Shown: piece after piece, positions 1 through 12,681 of the stretch | Numbering within the stretch: the stretch's first letter is position 1 | Layout of the letters: every line of letters starts with the position of its first letter | Assembly (NCBI GenBank): GCA_963665775.2 | Contig: CAXXTF010000001.1 | Coordinates: forward strand, 96,001 to 160,000 | Direction: 5' to 3' | DNA length: 64,000 nt | Source: Dehalococcoidia bacterium | GTDB taxonomy: Bacteria > Chloroflexota > Dehalococcoidia > SM23-28-2 > RBG-16-64-32 | Notes under the pieces: generated by a model | What the model was told of the DNA's origin: nothing | What the model saw: only the letters and a program-made list of their open reading frames with translations | Database searches by the model: none | Translations under genes and position numbers: made by a program

Positions 1-1345
1 TCCCCTTAATACGCAGGACGGCGGCGTCGCCGCCGGCCTCAACGACGGTGTTGGAGAGCACGCTCTGGTCGTACTGGCGGTACACCCAACGCTTGCTGGC
101 GATGTTGGGCGAGGCCAGGAGCCGCAGCAGGGCGCCCGCCGGGTCGGCCACCTCGGGCAGAGACGACAGGTCGAGGGAGCGCATCTCGGCCAGCTCCGGT
201 GGCGGCAGCCCCTCGCGGGTGTACTCCGGCGCGTCCATCAGCAGCTCTGTCGACAGGGAGGCCACCAGGTGGTCGCCCTCGTATATACGAACCACACGGT
301 CCTCGATCACCTGGCCGATGATCGCCGCGGGCACCTCCCAGCGCCCGAACAGTGCCGCCACCTCCTCCTCGTGCCCCCGCCGGACGATGATCAGCATCCG
401 CTCCTGGGACTCGGAGAGCATGACCTCGTACGGCGTCATCCCCTCCTCGCGGCGGGGGACGCCAGCGATATCGATGACCAGCCCGGTGCCGGCCCGGGCC
501 GCCGACTCCACGGCAGCCGAGGTGAGGCCCGCGGCGCCCAGGTCCTGCACGCCGGTGATCCAGTCGCCGTGGTTGTGGATCAGGTCCAGGCAGGCCTCCA
601 GCAGCATCTTCTCCAGGAAGGGGTTCCCCACCTGTACCGCCGGCCGCAGCTCGTCGAAGCGGGCCTGGGGATCGGTGCGCGAGGCCAGACCGGAGGCCCC
701 GTGGATGCCGTCACGGCCGGTATCGGCCCCCACCAGCATCAGGATATTGCCCGGCCCTTCAGCCTTCGCGCTGGCCAACTTATCGATAGGGACCAGGCCT
801 ACACACATGGCGTTCACCAGCGGGTTCGCCGCGTAGGCGTTCTCGAACACCACCTCGCCGCCAACGGTGGGGATGCCCAGGCAGTTGCCGTAGCCACCGA
901 CGCCGGCCACGACGCCCTCGAACAGATAGCGGTTGCGCGGGTCGCTCAGGGGGCCGAAGCGCAGCGAGTCCAGGATGGCGATAGGCCGCGCCCCCATGGC
1001 GAAGATGTCTCGCACGATCCCGCCCACCCCCGTGGCCGCCCCCTGGTACGGCTCGATGGCCGAAGGATGGTTGTGAGACTCGATCTTCATCACGACAGAC
1101 ATCCCCTCGCCGATATCCACGGCGCCCGCGTTCTCCGCGCCGCGGCGGGTGAGGACGTAGGGACCCTCGGCGGGGAGCAGGCTGAGCAGGGACCTGGAGT
1201 TCTTGTAGCCGCAGTGCTCGCTCCAGAGGGCGCCGAACATCCCCAACTCGACCTCGTTCGGCTCGCGGTCCAGCCGGTCGACGATGAGATCGTACTCCGG
1301 CCGGCTGAGGGCGATGGAATCGAGGACAGTCTGGTCTACGGCCAT
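1..1345 (-). CDS. purL: Phosphoribosylformylglycinamidine synthase subunit PurL (3' end runs off window)
   Basis: Manual translation: MAVDQTVLDSIALSRPEYDLIVDRLDREPNEVELGMFGALWSEHCGYKNS ... NTVVEAGGDAAVLRIKG; frame consistent down to base 2; alternative ATG at 1360. Confidence 0.95.
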   Translation of the reverse strand, partial: MAVDQTVLDSIALSRPEYDLIVDRLDREPNEVELGMFGALWSEHCGYKNSRSLLSLLPAEGPYVLTRRGAENAGAVDIGEGMSVVMKIESHNHPSAIEPYQGAATGVGGIVRDIFAMGARPIAILDSLRFGPLSDPRNRYLFEGVVAGVGGYGNCLGIPTVGGEVVFENAYAANPLVNAMCVGLVPIDKLASAKAEGPGNILMLVGADTGRDGIHGASGLASRTDPQARFDELRPAVQVGNPFLEKMLLEACLDLIHNHGDWITGVQDLGAAGLTSAAVESAARAGTGLVIDIAGVPRREEGMTPYEVMLSESQERMLIIVRRGHEEEVAALFGRWEVPAAIIGQVIEDRVVRIYEGDHLVASLSTELLMDAPEYTREGLPPPELAEMRSLDLSSLPEVADPAGALLRLLASPNIASKRWVYRQYDQSVLSNTVVEAGGDAAVLRIKG

Positions 1346-1406
1346 GGGGGTCAGGGCCATAGTAGCACAGCCGAGGGGAGTAATCGTAGGCCGCGCTCGC
1401 CGAGGT

Positions 1407-2048
1407 CTACGCCTCCTCCGCGAGGGAGAAGGGCGGATAGCGGTCGGTCAGCGAAAGCCAGAAGCCCAGGGCCCTGGCGATCCAGCGCAGATATCCCACG
1501 GTGTAGCCGAAGAACCAGCGAGGGTAGCGCTCGAAGACGATGGCGAAGATGGTCTTTGCCGGGATCAGGAGCATGAAGGGCAGGGCTAACAGGGCCAGCA
1601 GCAGGATATGCGGCAGTAGCAGGACCGGCGTTATAGCGGCGCGGAACCAGCCGATAGCGCCACCCCGATCTATCTCCAGCCGCACCGAGCGGCCCATCGA
1701 CTCCCGAGGCGGGGCATCGGTCAGAAAGAGGCCGAAGGAGGCCGCCGCGATCGCGTACTCGGCGTATCGCTCAAGGGGCGGGCAGTCCTCCGCCAGGAAC
1801 TGCTGCAGCCCCTTAGTGCGAATTCGATATGCTTGAACCAGGGGGAGGCTGATGACCCCGAAGGCTATGATGGAGCCGAAGATCACCCACAGCCAGAAGT
1901 ATAACGCGGCGCTAATGTAACCCACGCCCGCCGGCACGATCCAGGTGATGACGGTGCCCACGGCCCGCTGCGCGGCCTTCCGTCGCGACAGCCTCTCCGG
2001 ATAGACGACGGAGTAGCGAATGGGGTAAGCAGGAGCTTCTGCGGCCAT
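1407..2048 (-). CDS. DUF4389-like membrane protein
   Basis: YPIRYSVVYPERLSR N-terminus, two hydrophobic repeats, ends LTDRYPPFSL. Confidence 0.75.
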   Translation of the reverse strand: MAAEAPAYPIRYSVVYPERLSRRKAAQRAVGTVITWIVPAGVGYISAALYFWLWVIFGSIIAFGVISLPLVQAYRIRTKGLQQFLAEDCPPLERYAEYAIAAASFGLFLTDAPPRESMGRSVRLEIDRGGAIGWFRAAITPVLLLPHILLLALLALPFMLLIPAKTIFAIVFERYPRWFFGYTVGYLRWIARALGFWLSLTDRYPPFSLAEEA

Positions 2049-2164
2049 CCGAGCCTCCTTTCCGGTCCGCGACTGACGGTCAGAGACCGCTCTCGAAACC
2101 ACTTAGCGCCAATTATGGGCGCCCGGCCGGGCTTGTCAAGCAGCGCCAGCCCTGCACGCGCTCG

Positions 2165-3241
2165 CTAGAGGCGGCCCTCGATGGTGCCGCCGCCCAGCAC
2201 CCGCTCGCCCTGGTAGAAGACGACCGCCTGGCCGGGGGTTACGGCCCGCTGCCGCTTCTCGAAACGGACCTCGGCGCGCCCGTCGCGCAGGCTGAGGACG
2301 GCCGGCGCAGGCTGGCCGCGATAGCGGATGCGCGCCGCCACCGGCAGGGGCCCGACGGGCGGCTCGTCCGCCGGAAAAGAGAGCTCCCCGGCCAGCAGGC
2401 CATCCGCCAGCAACTCCTCCTGAGGACCCACCACCACCGAATCGGTCTCCGCGTCCAGGCCCACCACGAACAGGGGCTCGCTGCCACCCCGGGCGGGCAG
2501 CCCCCGACGCTGGCCCACGGTATAGTTCACTATCCCCTGATGCTGACCAACGGCGTTCCCAGCCCTGTCCACGATGGGACCCGGTCGGCTGGCCACCCGC
2601 TGTCGCAGGAAAGCCCGGTAGTCGCCCGAGGGGATGAAGCAGATGTCGGCGGAGTCCGGCTTATCGGCGTTAGGGAGCCCCCAGCGATGGGCCATCGCGC
2701 GAATCTCATCCTTCGGATGCTCGCCGACCGGGAAGAGGGTGCGCTCCAGCTCGCGCTGCCCCAGGGTATACAGCACGTAAGACTGATCCTTGTCCGGGTC
2801 CGCCGCCCGCCACAGCTCGAAACCACCACCGCCGCGGACGACGCGAGCGTAATGGCCGGTGGCCAGGTAACTGGCCCCCAGGGCCAGGGCGTGCTCCAAC
2901 AGCGGCCGGAACTTGACGCGGTCGTTGCAGGTAAGGCAGGGGTTGGGCGTGCGACCGGCGGCGTACTCCCGCAGGAACTCGTCCACGACCCCCTCAGCGA
3001 ACTGCCGCTCGAAGTTGAGGACGTAGTGGGGGATGCCCAGCACATCGGCGGCGGCGCGGGCCTCCTCCGCGTCATCTACGGAGCAGCAGCGCTTGTGGTG
3101 GCGCGGCGCCTCGCTGTCCTCGAGGGTCCACAGCCGCATCGTGATGCCCACGACGTCGTACCCCTGCTCCACGAGCAGGCCGGCGGCGACGGCGGAGTCG
3201 ACCCCTCCGGACATGGCGACGACGACGCGCGGTTTAGGCAT
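2165..3241 (-). CDS. mnmA: tRNA 2-thiouridine synthase
   Basis: AMSGGVDS, TPNPC, ATGHYAR, KDQSY, YTVGQRRG, VTPGQ motifs. Confidence 0.97.
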   Translation of the reverse strand: MPKPRVVVAMSGGVDSAVAAGLLVEQGYDVVGITMRLWTLEDSEAPRHHKRCCSVDDAEEARAAADVLGIPHYVLNFERQFAEGVVDEFLREYAAGRTPNPCLTCNDRVKFRPLLEHALALGASYLATGHYARVVRGGGGFELWRAADPDKDQSYVLYTLGQRELERTLFPVGEHPKDEIRAMAHRWGLPNADKPDSADICFIPSGDYRAFLRQRVASRPGPIVDRAGNAVGQHQGIVNYTVGQRRGLPARGGSEPLFVVGLDAETDSVVVGPQEELLADGLLAGELSFPADEPPVGPLPVAARIRYRGQPAPAVLSLRDGRAEVRFEKRQRAVTPGQAVVFYQGERVLGGGTIEGRL

Positions 3242-3251
3242 TTCCCATCTA

Positions 3252-3260
3252 TGTTATAAT
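3252..3260 (+). promoter_or_regulatory. Extended -10 promoter (TGtTATAAT) for rsfS
   Basis: Perfect TGnTATAAT about 50 nt upstream of rsfS. Confidence 0.7.
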
Positions 3261-3311
3261 ATTTCGCCCAAGCATAAAAAGGACCCCCTTGGCGGGCCAG
3301 GAGGAGGTCAT

Positions 3312-3656
3312 CTGCAGGCCGATCAGCTAGCACGAAAAATCGTCGACATACTCTCGGATCGACAGGCGGAGGATATCCTGTTGCTGGACATACGCAACGC
3401 GGCATCCTTCGCCGATTATTTCGTTATCGGCAGCAGCCAGTCCGCGCGCCAGTTTGAGGCGATCCTGGAATCTCTGGACGAAGGGCTAGAGGCGTACGGC
3501 GTCAAGTCCACGAGTCGCGAGGGGAAGCCCGATTCGGGCTGGGTGCTCCTGGATTACGGGGACGTCATCGTCCATCTGTTCGCCACGGCGGAGCGCGCCT
3601 ACTACGATCTGGAAGGGCTCTGGCACACGGCCACGCCGGTGGTTCGCATCCAGTAG
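3312..3656 (+). CDS. rsfS: Ribosome silencing factor (probable CTG start)
   Basis: DILLLDIR, ADYFVIGS, GWVLLDYGDVIVHLF, YYDLEGLW; AGGAGG 7 nt before CTG. Confidence 0.92.
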   Translation: MQADQLARKIVDILSDRQAEDILLLDIRNAASFADYFVIGSSQSARQFEAILESLDEGLEAYGVKSTSREGKPDSGWVLLDYGDVIVHLFATAERAYYDLEGLWHTATPVVRIQ

Positions 3657-3675
3657 GCCCCGGCCCCCTGCGCCC

Positions 3676-4134
3676 CTACTCCGGGTTCTCGAAGATCCAG
3701 CGATCGACCTGCCTCTCGTAGCTGTGCAGCTCACCCTCGGCGAAGAAGAGGGCGAGCTCGCGGCGGGCCGACTCCGGGGAGTCCGAGCCGTGGACCAGGT
3801 TTCGACCCATCTCCAGGGCCAGGTCGCCGCGAATAGTGCCGGACTCCGCGGCGATGGGGTCGGTCGCCCCCATGGTCCGCCGAACGACCGCCACGGCGTC
3901 AGTGCCCTCCAGGGCCGCGGCGATGATGGGACAGGCGATAATGTAAGCGATAAGCCCCTCATAAAAGGGCTTGCCTTCGTGCTCGGCATAGTGCCGGCGG
4001 GCCAGCGCCTCGTCCATCTGGAACAGGCGCAGGGCGACGATGCGCAGGCCGCGCCGCTCCAGACGAGAGATGATCTCGCCGGCCAGGCCGCGTTGCATGG
4101 CGTCCGGTTTGATAAGGACGAGGGTGCGATCCAC
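3676..4134 (-). CDS. ndk: Nucleoside diphosphate kinase
   Basis: [25 protein letters not shown]. Confidence 0.97.
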   Translation of the reverse strand: MDRTLVLIKPDAMQRGLAGEIISRLERRGLRIVALRLFQMDEALARRHYAEHEGKPFYEGLIAYIIACPIIAAALEGTDAVAVVRRTMGATDPIAAESGTIRGDLALEMGRNLVHGSDSPESARRELALFFAEGELHSYERQVDRWIFENPE

Positions 4135-4194
4135 TTGGCCTAGCCTCCAGGTACGTTCAGGCTGGATATCGGCGCCATTGTAGCACGCGTCCGC

Positions 4195-4875
4195 TTAGCG
4201 GCCGGATTTCTGCGGGCCGATGACCGCCGGCCGCAGGTATACCGGCCCCAGCAGCGCCACATCGTCGGCGCGCCCCGCCGCCAGCCGGGCGAAGGCGAGC
4301 TCCGCCAGGGCCGCCGCCCGCCGCGTCGAGGCGGCCGGCGAGGCGATCCGCGCCTTGCTGCCCGCGGCCGCCTGTAGGAGGCCGGCCAGTTCCTCATCCA
4401 CCTCCCCCACGAAGAGGGTGCGCCGGCGGAGCCGACGGGCCAGCGCCTGGGGCGGCGAGAGCCGGGGCGGCGACATCTCGCGCCAGGGGTCGCCTCGGTA
4501 AGATGCCCAAGCTAGATCGCCGCGGCCCGCCCGGTGCACGGCCACAATAGGTCCGGGGAAAGCGGCGTGTGGGTAGGCGTCCAGCTCCAGCCGACCCACC
4601 CCCACGATCGGCAACCCCAGGCCGGAGGCCAGACCCTTGGCCGTGCTCACCCCGACCCGCAGGCCAGTATACATCCCCGGCCCCGTGCAGACGAAGACGG
4701 CCTCGATCTCCTCCTTCGCCGCACCCGCCTGAGCGAGGAGCTTATCGATGGTTGGTAGCAACTCGACGGTGTGGTTCCGGCGGCAGCGCCAGGTGATCTC
4801 GGCGACCAGGCCGCCCTGATCGGAGACACCGACGGAGGCTACCTGGGAGGCCGTGTCGATAGAGAGCTCCATCAC
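4195..4875 (-). CDS. tsaB: t6A biosynthesis protein TsaB
   Basis: LSIDTA, GPGMYTGLRVG, PVYLR; adjacent to tsaE. Confidence 0.92.
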   Translation of the reverse strand: MMELSIDTASQVASVGVSDQGGLVAEITWRCRRNHTVELLPTIDKLLAQAGAAKEEIEAVFVCTGPGMYTGLRVGVSTAKGLASGLGLPIVGVGRLELDAYPHAAFPGPIVAVHRAGRGDLAWASYRGDPWREMSPPRLSPPQALARRLRRRTLFVGEVDEELAGLLQAAAGSKARIASPAASTRRAAALAELAFARLAAGRADDVALLGPVYLRPAVIGPQKSGR

Positions 4876-5366
4876 CGATCCCCCCTCGTACGCTTACGCG
4901 CGCGCCGACCGGCGAGGGCCCGGGCCAGCGCCTCCGCCCGCGGTCCCTTCGCGGCCAAGGCCAAAGTGCGACTCATCAGCCCCGTCACCTGGAAGCGCAC
5001 CAGCAGGTTATCGGTCGGGAAGATGCCCTCCGCCCTCTCCGGCCACTCGACGACCAGGGCGCCGTCGGCGCACACCTCCTCCAGGGCCAGCTCCTGGGCC
5101 TGCTCCGGCTCCTCCAGCCGGAAGAGATCGGCGTGGTACAGCTTCACGCGACCCTCGTACTCCCCTAGCAGCACGAAGGACTTGGAGGAGACCGGACCCT
5201 CGTGACCCAGTCCGCGAGCAACCCCCTGCACGAACACCGTCTTGCCCGCGCCCAGATCCCCCGACAGAAGAACGACATCGCCCGGCTGCAGTTGACGGCC
5301 CAGCCGCTGTCCCAGCCGACGCGTCTCGCCGGGGCCTCGGGAGGTCAGGATAGTCGCCTCGCTCAT
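4872..5366 (-). CDS. tsaE: t6A biosynthesis ATPase TsaE
   Basis: GDLGAGKT, YHADLFRL, VEWPER. Confidence 0.93.
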   Translation of the reverse strand: MSEATILTSRGPGETRRLGQRLGRQLQPGDVVLLSGDLGAGKTVFVQGVARGLGHEGPVSSKSFVLLGEYEGRVKLYHADLFRLEEPEQAQELALEEVCADGALVVEWPERAEGIFPTDNLLVRFQVTGLMSRTLALAAKGPRAEALARALAGRRARKRTRGDR

Positions 5367-6355
5367 CGTCCCCGCAGGTGATCCCAACCGGTCACGGCCA
5401 GGGACACCTCGCCCCCAGCCGCATCCAGAAGCCTGGGCTGCCGGGCCGGGCCGTCGGTCATCTCGCCTATCACCACCAGCCGGTCGTCGCAAGAGCCGGC
5501 CAGGAGCCGCACGGTATCTGAAGGACCCACGAACAGCATCTGGTAATCCTCGCCGCCGGCGCAGGCCAGGGCCAGCGCTTCCGGTGGGTAGGCGGAGCGC
5601 AGCTCCGGGCTCAGAGGGACGGCCTCGGCCCGGATGTCGGCGCCCAAGCCGGACGTTCGACAGATGTGCCCCAGGTCCTGCAGCAGGCCGTCCGACACGT
5701 CGATGCCGCAGGGGACGCCCAAGTGAACGGCCCGGCGGGCCGTCCGCAGAGGCGGCCGCGGCCGCAAATGGGCGCGGGCCAGGGGGTCGTCCGGGGCAGC
5801 GCCTTTCTGCAGCCGTCGCAGCCCGGCGGCGGAATCCCCCAGGGTGCCTGTCACAGCGATGACGTGGCCGGCGCGGGCCCCGTCCCGCCGCAGGAGGAGG
5901 GGCTCACCCCCTTCTCGGCTCTCGGCGCGGCCCAGCAGAGCCACCGTCAACACCGCCTGGGGCGCCCGCACAAGGTCGCCTCCCGCCACCGTCACACCGT
6001 ACTCGGCGGCGCACTCCTGGAGGCCAACGTACAACTCGTCGACAGCTCCCACGTCCGTATCCGAGGGCAACGCCAGGGTGACCAGCGCGAACTGCGGCTC
6101 GCCACCCATGGCGGCGATATCGCTGACGCTGACGGCGAGGAGCTTCCAGCCCAACTCCCGCCAGGGGGCCCACTCCGGCCGGAAGTGGACGCCCTCCACC
6201 AGCGTGTCCGTCGTCGCCAGGAGCACTTGTTCCCCCACCCGCCAGGCGGCGGCGTCGTCGCCGATGCCGACGATGAGCTCCTGTGGCGGCGCGGCACCGA
6301 CGGCTTCCGCCAGCCGCTCGATGAGCCCGAACTCGCCCAGGTCAGAGACGTTCAT
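5363..6355 (-). CDS. thiL: Thiamine-monophosphate kinase
   Basis: GEFGLI, GIGDDAA, SDIAAMGG, IDVSDGL, GGEDY; TATAAT 7 nt before ATG 6355. Confidence 0.95.
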   Translation of the reverse strand: MNVSDLGEFGLIERLAEAVGAAPPQELIVGIGDDAAAWRVGEQVLLATTDTLVEGVHFRPEWAPWRELGWKLLAVSVSDIAAMGGEPQFALVTLALPSDTDVGAVDELYVGLQECAAEYGVTVAGGDLVRAPQAVLTVALLGRAESREGGEPLLLRRDGARAGHVIAVTGTLGDSAAGLRRLQKGAAPDDPLARAHLRPRPPLRTARRAVHLGVPCGIDVSDGLLQDLGHICRTSGLGADIRAEAVPLSPELRSAYPPEALALACAGGEDYQMLFVGPSDTVRLLAGSCDDRLVVIGEMTDGPARQPRLLDAAGGEVSLAVTGWDHLRGR

Positions 6356-6395
6356 CAGAGTCATTATACGGCCTGCTGCTATACTCGCCGCGTAG

Positions 6396-7145
6396 ATGCG
6401 TATCGCCATACTCTCCGATGTGCACGGCAACCTGGCCGCCCTGGAGGCGGTGCTCCGCCACGCTCAGGCCCAGGCTCAGGGCACGATCGACGCCTTCTGG
6501 TGCCTGGGCGACACCGTGGGGTATGGGCCACAGCCGCGGGAGTGCGTTGCCCTGCTGCGGGAGCGGGGCGCGCTGTTGGTGGCGGGCAACCACGACCGGG
6601 CCGGCACGGGGAAGATGGGCACCGAAGAGTTCAACCCCGACGCAGCGACAGCGGCCCGCTGGACCATCGATCGGCTAGGGGCCGAGGAGCGCGCCTACCT
6701 GGAGTCGCTGCCGGAAGTGTTCCTCCAGGGGGAGTTCACCCTGGTGCACGGCACCCTGCGCCGGCCCATCTGGGAGTACCTTTACTCGCCCGAGGCCGCA
6801 CAGGCCCATCTGGAGCGCCAGCAGACGCCATTCGGCCTGGTGGGCCACACCCACATCCCCATGCTGATCCTCGAGCGGCCGCAGTCGCCCAACGGCTGCG
6901 AGATCTCATTCCTCGAGGACGGCACGAAGGTGAAGCTGACCCGCGAGCGGAAGATAGTGATCAACCCCGGTAGCGTGGGCCAGCCCCGGGACGGCGATCC
7001 CCGCGCCGCCTACGCCATCCTCGACAGGGAAGCGGATACCGTTGCCCTGCACCGAGTGGAGTACCATATCGAGGCGACGCAGCGGCTGATGGAGGCAGCC
7101 CGCCTACCCCGCTGGCTCATCGAAAGGCTGGCCTTGGGGCGATAA
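6396..7145 (+). CDS. Metallophosphoesterase (YfcE-like)
   Basis: SDVHGN, LGDTVGYG, GNHD, GHTH, NPGSVGQPRDGD. Confidence 0.9.
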   Translation: MRIAILSDVHGNLAALEAVLRHAQAQAQGTIDAFWCLGDTVGYGPQPRECVALLRERGALLVAGNHDRAGTGKMGTEEFNPDAATAARWTIDRLGAEERAYLESLPEVFLQGEFTLVHGTLRRPIWEYLYSPEAAQAHLERQQTPFGLVGHTHIPMLILERPQSPNGCEISFLEDGTKVKLTRERKIVINPGSVGQPRDGDPRAAYAILDREADTVALHRVEYHIEATQRLMEAARLPRWLIERLALGR

Positions 7146-8312
7146 CTAGCCCAGGTTGGCCTGGAACCAGTCCCAGTACTCCGGCCAGTCCGGCAGGGGC
7201 ATTCCCGAGGGGCGAGTGTAGTAGACGGAGCCGGCCACAGCGAAGGCTTCGAGCGGGTTGGGCGGGCTCAAAGTGACGGTGGAGCCGCCGATCGTCGTGT
7301 AGGTCAGAGGGCGACCCTCGTACACGTACAGGCTGTTGACGACATCCCAGGGCTGGTTCGCGGCCGCCCGTACCTGCTCGTCGGTCCCCACCTGACGCCA
7401 GCCGGCGGCGGCCATGAAAGAGCGCATCTCATCGCCCAGGAGGGCCAGCACGTACTGATCGGGACCCAAGTCGCGGAACTGATAGGCGTGGAGGATCTCG
7501 TGGCCGATGGACATTTCGGCGAAGCCCGGGATGAGCACCACCTGGTTGGCCGGTCCACTGCCCGCGGCGCCCTGATCCGAGTTGGTGTAGAAGCCCATGG
7601 GGAAGTTGCCGTAGGGCTGCCAGCCGGCCAGGGTCCGGCCCTGACTGTTGGAGACGAAGGTCAGAGGCCCGTGGGCATGTGCCGTCACCGCCGACACTAC
7701 ACCCTGAGGGAGCCGCTCCATGGCGCTGATAACGGCCCCGATATTGGTCGTTTGGGCTGCCTCTCCCTCTCCCCAGTCCTGTCCGTCCAGGACGATTTGG
7801 ATGCCGAAACGCTGGGCCGCTTCCTGGACCAGGCGGTCAGCCACCGGCTGCGGCATCGGGACCGGAGCCTGGGGCACCGGCTGTGGCGTGGCGGACGAGG
7901 AGCTGGCGACGGGGTCCGGGGTCTCAGGCGTGGAGGGTGTCGCTGTGGGCAGCGGCGTCGGCGACGGTTCCGCCGGTGGGAGCTCTATCTGGGCAGCCAC
8001 TGTCGCCACCGGCGTGGCCGACGCGCTGTCGCCGATCCGTCCCCCGTCGGCAGCGCCGGTGAGTAGAAGCTCCGAGGCTTTCTCGGGCAGGCCAGGCGCT
8101 TCGGAGAGGGCGGGCGAGGGCAGCGGCGTTGACGGCGGCTCCGAGCCATGGACCGCCACCAGGGCGCCTGCCGAGGCCAGCACGGCAGCGACAGTGGCGA
8201 CAGTTCCCATCCCTAGCCAGAAGGCACGAGATGAGAACCGTCGCTGCCCTCCCTTTGGACTCGCTCTGTTGTCGCCACCCTCTCCGGCAGTCCCATGGCT
8301 CCGGCACGCCAT
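7146..8312 (-). CDS. Exported/membrane-anchored protein with Pro-rich linker and HExxH zincin-like domain
   Basis: N-terminal hydrophobic segment, P/T/A-rich linker, HEILH plus downstream LEAFA. Confidence 0.6.
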   Translation of the reverse strand: MACRSHGTAGEGGDNRASPKGGQRRFSSRAFWLGMGTVATVAAVLASAGALVAVHGSEPPSTPLPSPALSEAPGLPEKASELLLTGAADGGRIGDSASATPVATVAAQIELPPAEPSPTPLPTATPSTPETPDPVASSSSATPQPVPQAPVPMPQPVADRLVQEAAQRFGIQIVLDGQDWGEGEAAQTTNIGAVISAMERLPQGVVSAVTAHAHGPLTFVSNSQGRTLAGWQPYGNFPMGFYTNSDQGAAGSGPANQVVLIPGFAEMSIGHEILHAYQFRDLGPDQYVLALLGDEMRSFMAAAGWRQVGTDEQVRAAANQPWDVVNSLYVYEGRPLTYTTIGGSTVTLSPPNPLEAFAVAGSVYYTRPSGMPLPDWPEYWDWFQANLG

Positions 8313-8555
8313 GCTGGTTGTCCTCCCTCTGGGCTCGTCCCGGTGGAAGTCGGAGGCGCACCGGCTGATGGGCGGGTGCGTTACCGGACTGACTAACGGG
8401 CGAGCATCGTTGACTCCATCATCATGATAGGTTTACCAGTTCTTAACTTCAGTAAATAGATGGTGAAGAAAGCGGATAATCGCTCAAATCGTGGCCGCCC
8501 ATCGAGGCATCTATGACACATCTCCGCTGGGCCCCGTATAATCTGAGTCAGCGTC

Positions 8556-9614
8556 ATGGAAAACCAGCTGCGGGTCACGCTAACCCTGCCCCTGGTCGAG
8601 GAGCTCATGGAGCGGCTGCGGAGCGTAGACCCTCGCCTGCAGGTGACAACCCTCAGCCAGGCCCAGCGTCGCCAGTTTCGGGGCCGCCGCCCTCTCTGGG
8701 TCGGATACGCGGAGCCTCCGGGCCCACAGGAGGAGAGCGACGAGGAGGCGCGGCGGAACCTGGACAGCGTCCTGGCCGGGACAGAGGTGCTGCTCACCAG
8801 CTCCACCATCATCCCCGAGGACATCCTGACCCGGGCACCCGGGCTCCGCTGGATTCAGCTCACCAGCGCCGGAGTCGACCGCATGTTGGACAGCCCACTC
8901 CTACGCGCGGGGGTCACAGTCACCACGGTCAGCGGCATTCATGCCGTGCCCATCGGCGAGTACGTGCTGGGGGCGATGCTGGCCTTCGCCAAGGGGCTCC
9001 CCGGCGCCGCCAGGGCACAGGCAGGGCGGAGCTGGCAGCCCTACCCATCTCAAGAGCTCCTGGGCAAGACGGTAGGCATCGTCGGCCTGGGCGCCATCGG
9101 CGGCCACGTGGGCGGATTGGCCCGAGCCCTCGGCATGCGGGTGCTGGCCATCAAACGCTCAGCCCAGCGCCGGGAATCGGGGGTCGGCGGTGTCGATGAG
9201 CTGCTGCCGCCCAGCGAGCTGCCGTACTTGCTCTCCGAGAGCGATTACGTGATTGTGGCGGTACCCCTGACGCCGGAGACGCGGGGGATAATCGGCGAGC
9301 CTGAGCTGCGCTCGATGAAGCCTACCACCGTCATCATCAACATCGCTCGCGGCGCCATCATCGACGAGGCAGCCCTGGTGCGGGCGCTGAAGGAGGGCTG
9401 GATCGCCGGCGCCGCCCTGGACGTGTTCGAGCAGGAGCCGCTGCCGACGGAGAGCGAGCTCTGGGGGCTGGAGAACGTCATCGTGACGCCCCACATCAGC
9501 GGCGGTACCCCCCGCTACATGGAGCTGGCGGTAGAGCTCTTCTGCGATAACCTGCGGCGCTACCTGGCAGGGGAGCCCCTGCGCAACGTGGTGGACGTGA
9601 ACCGCGGGTACTGA
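8556..9614 (+). CDS. D-2-hydroxyacid dehydrogenase
   Basis: GIVGLGAIG, INIARG, LDVFEQEPLP, TPHISG. Confidence 0.93.
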   Translation: MENQLRVTLTLPLVEELMERLRSVDPRLQVTTLSQAQRRQFRGRRPLWVGYAEPPGPQEESDEEARRNLDSVLAGTEVLLTSSTIIPEDILTRAPGLRWIQLTSAGVDRMLDSPLLRAGVTVTTVSGIHAVPIGEYVLGAMLAFAKGLPGAARAQAGRSWQPYPSQELLGKTVGIVGLGAIGGHVGGLARALGMRVLAIKRSAQRRESGVGGVDELLPPSELPYLLSESDYVIVAVPLTPETRGIIGEPELRSMKPTTVIINIARGAIIDEAALVRALKEGWIAGAALDVFEQEPLPTESELWGLENVIVTPHISGGTPRYMELAVELFCDNLRRYLAGEPLRNVVDVNRGY

Positions 9615-9727
9615 GGTGCGGACCACGCCACCTCCACGTTATGTACAGCCGCCGCGGGCCAGCCACCTAGACGCGTCTCCTGCCAGATGTGGTACGGACG
9701 CTGCGCTCCGGAGGGCCGCCGCTGTCC

Positions 9728-12388
<2,661 letters not shown>

Positions 12389-12466
12389 AGGAGACCCTCA
12401 CAGTCGGGGCAGGAATAGGGGGCCAGCAGCCCGGCCAAAAGCAGGCCGCGTACAGGTCGCATATCT

Positions 12467-12521
12467 TCGCGGGTGGAGGGCTTAAGGCCTACGTCGCAGG
12501 CCTGAAGGCCTCCCACCGCGA
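12467..12521. repeat. REP-like inverted doublet / long hairpin in gyrA 5' region
   Basis: tcgcgggtggaggg-cttaaggcctacgtcgcaggcctgaaggcc-tcccaccgcga: outer and inner arms complementary. Confidence 0.55.
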
Positions 12522-12681
12522 GCACATCTCCGGTCACATGGCCATAATACCGCAAAAGAGGCCGATAATCACGCCCGGGAAGGGCCAGAGCCGACACGCA
12601 TTCGGTCCCCGCAGGCCCTTTTATAGCCGATGTCCACCCCGCAGACCCCTTCTGCCGCCCCTACGGCCCGCAGCGAGCAGA

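Noticed and set aside
48-1589. Long plus-strand ORFs opposite purL, and similar antisense ORFs throughout
   Set aside because: Shadow ORFs of high-GC coding sequence with no recognisable motifs.
4142-4153. 12-mer TACCTGGAGGCT shared by the ndk and hpf leaders (also 32058-32069)
   Set aside because: It is built around the SD-like core GGAGG; two copies are insufficient evidence for a regulator site.
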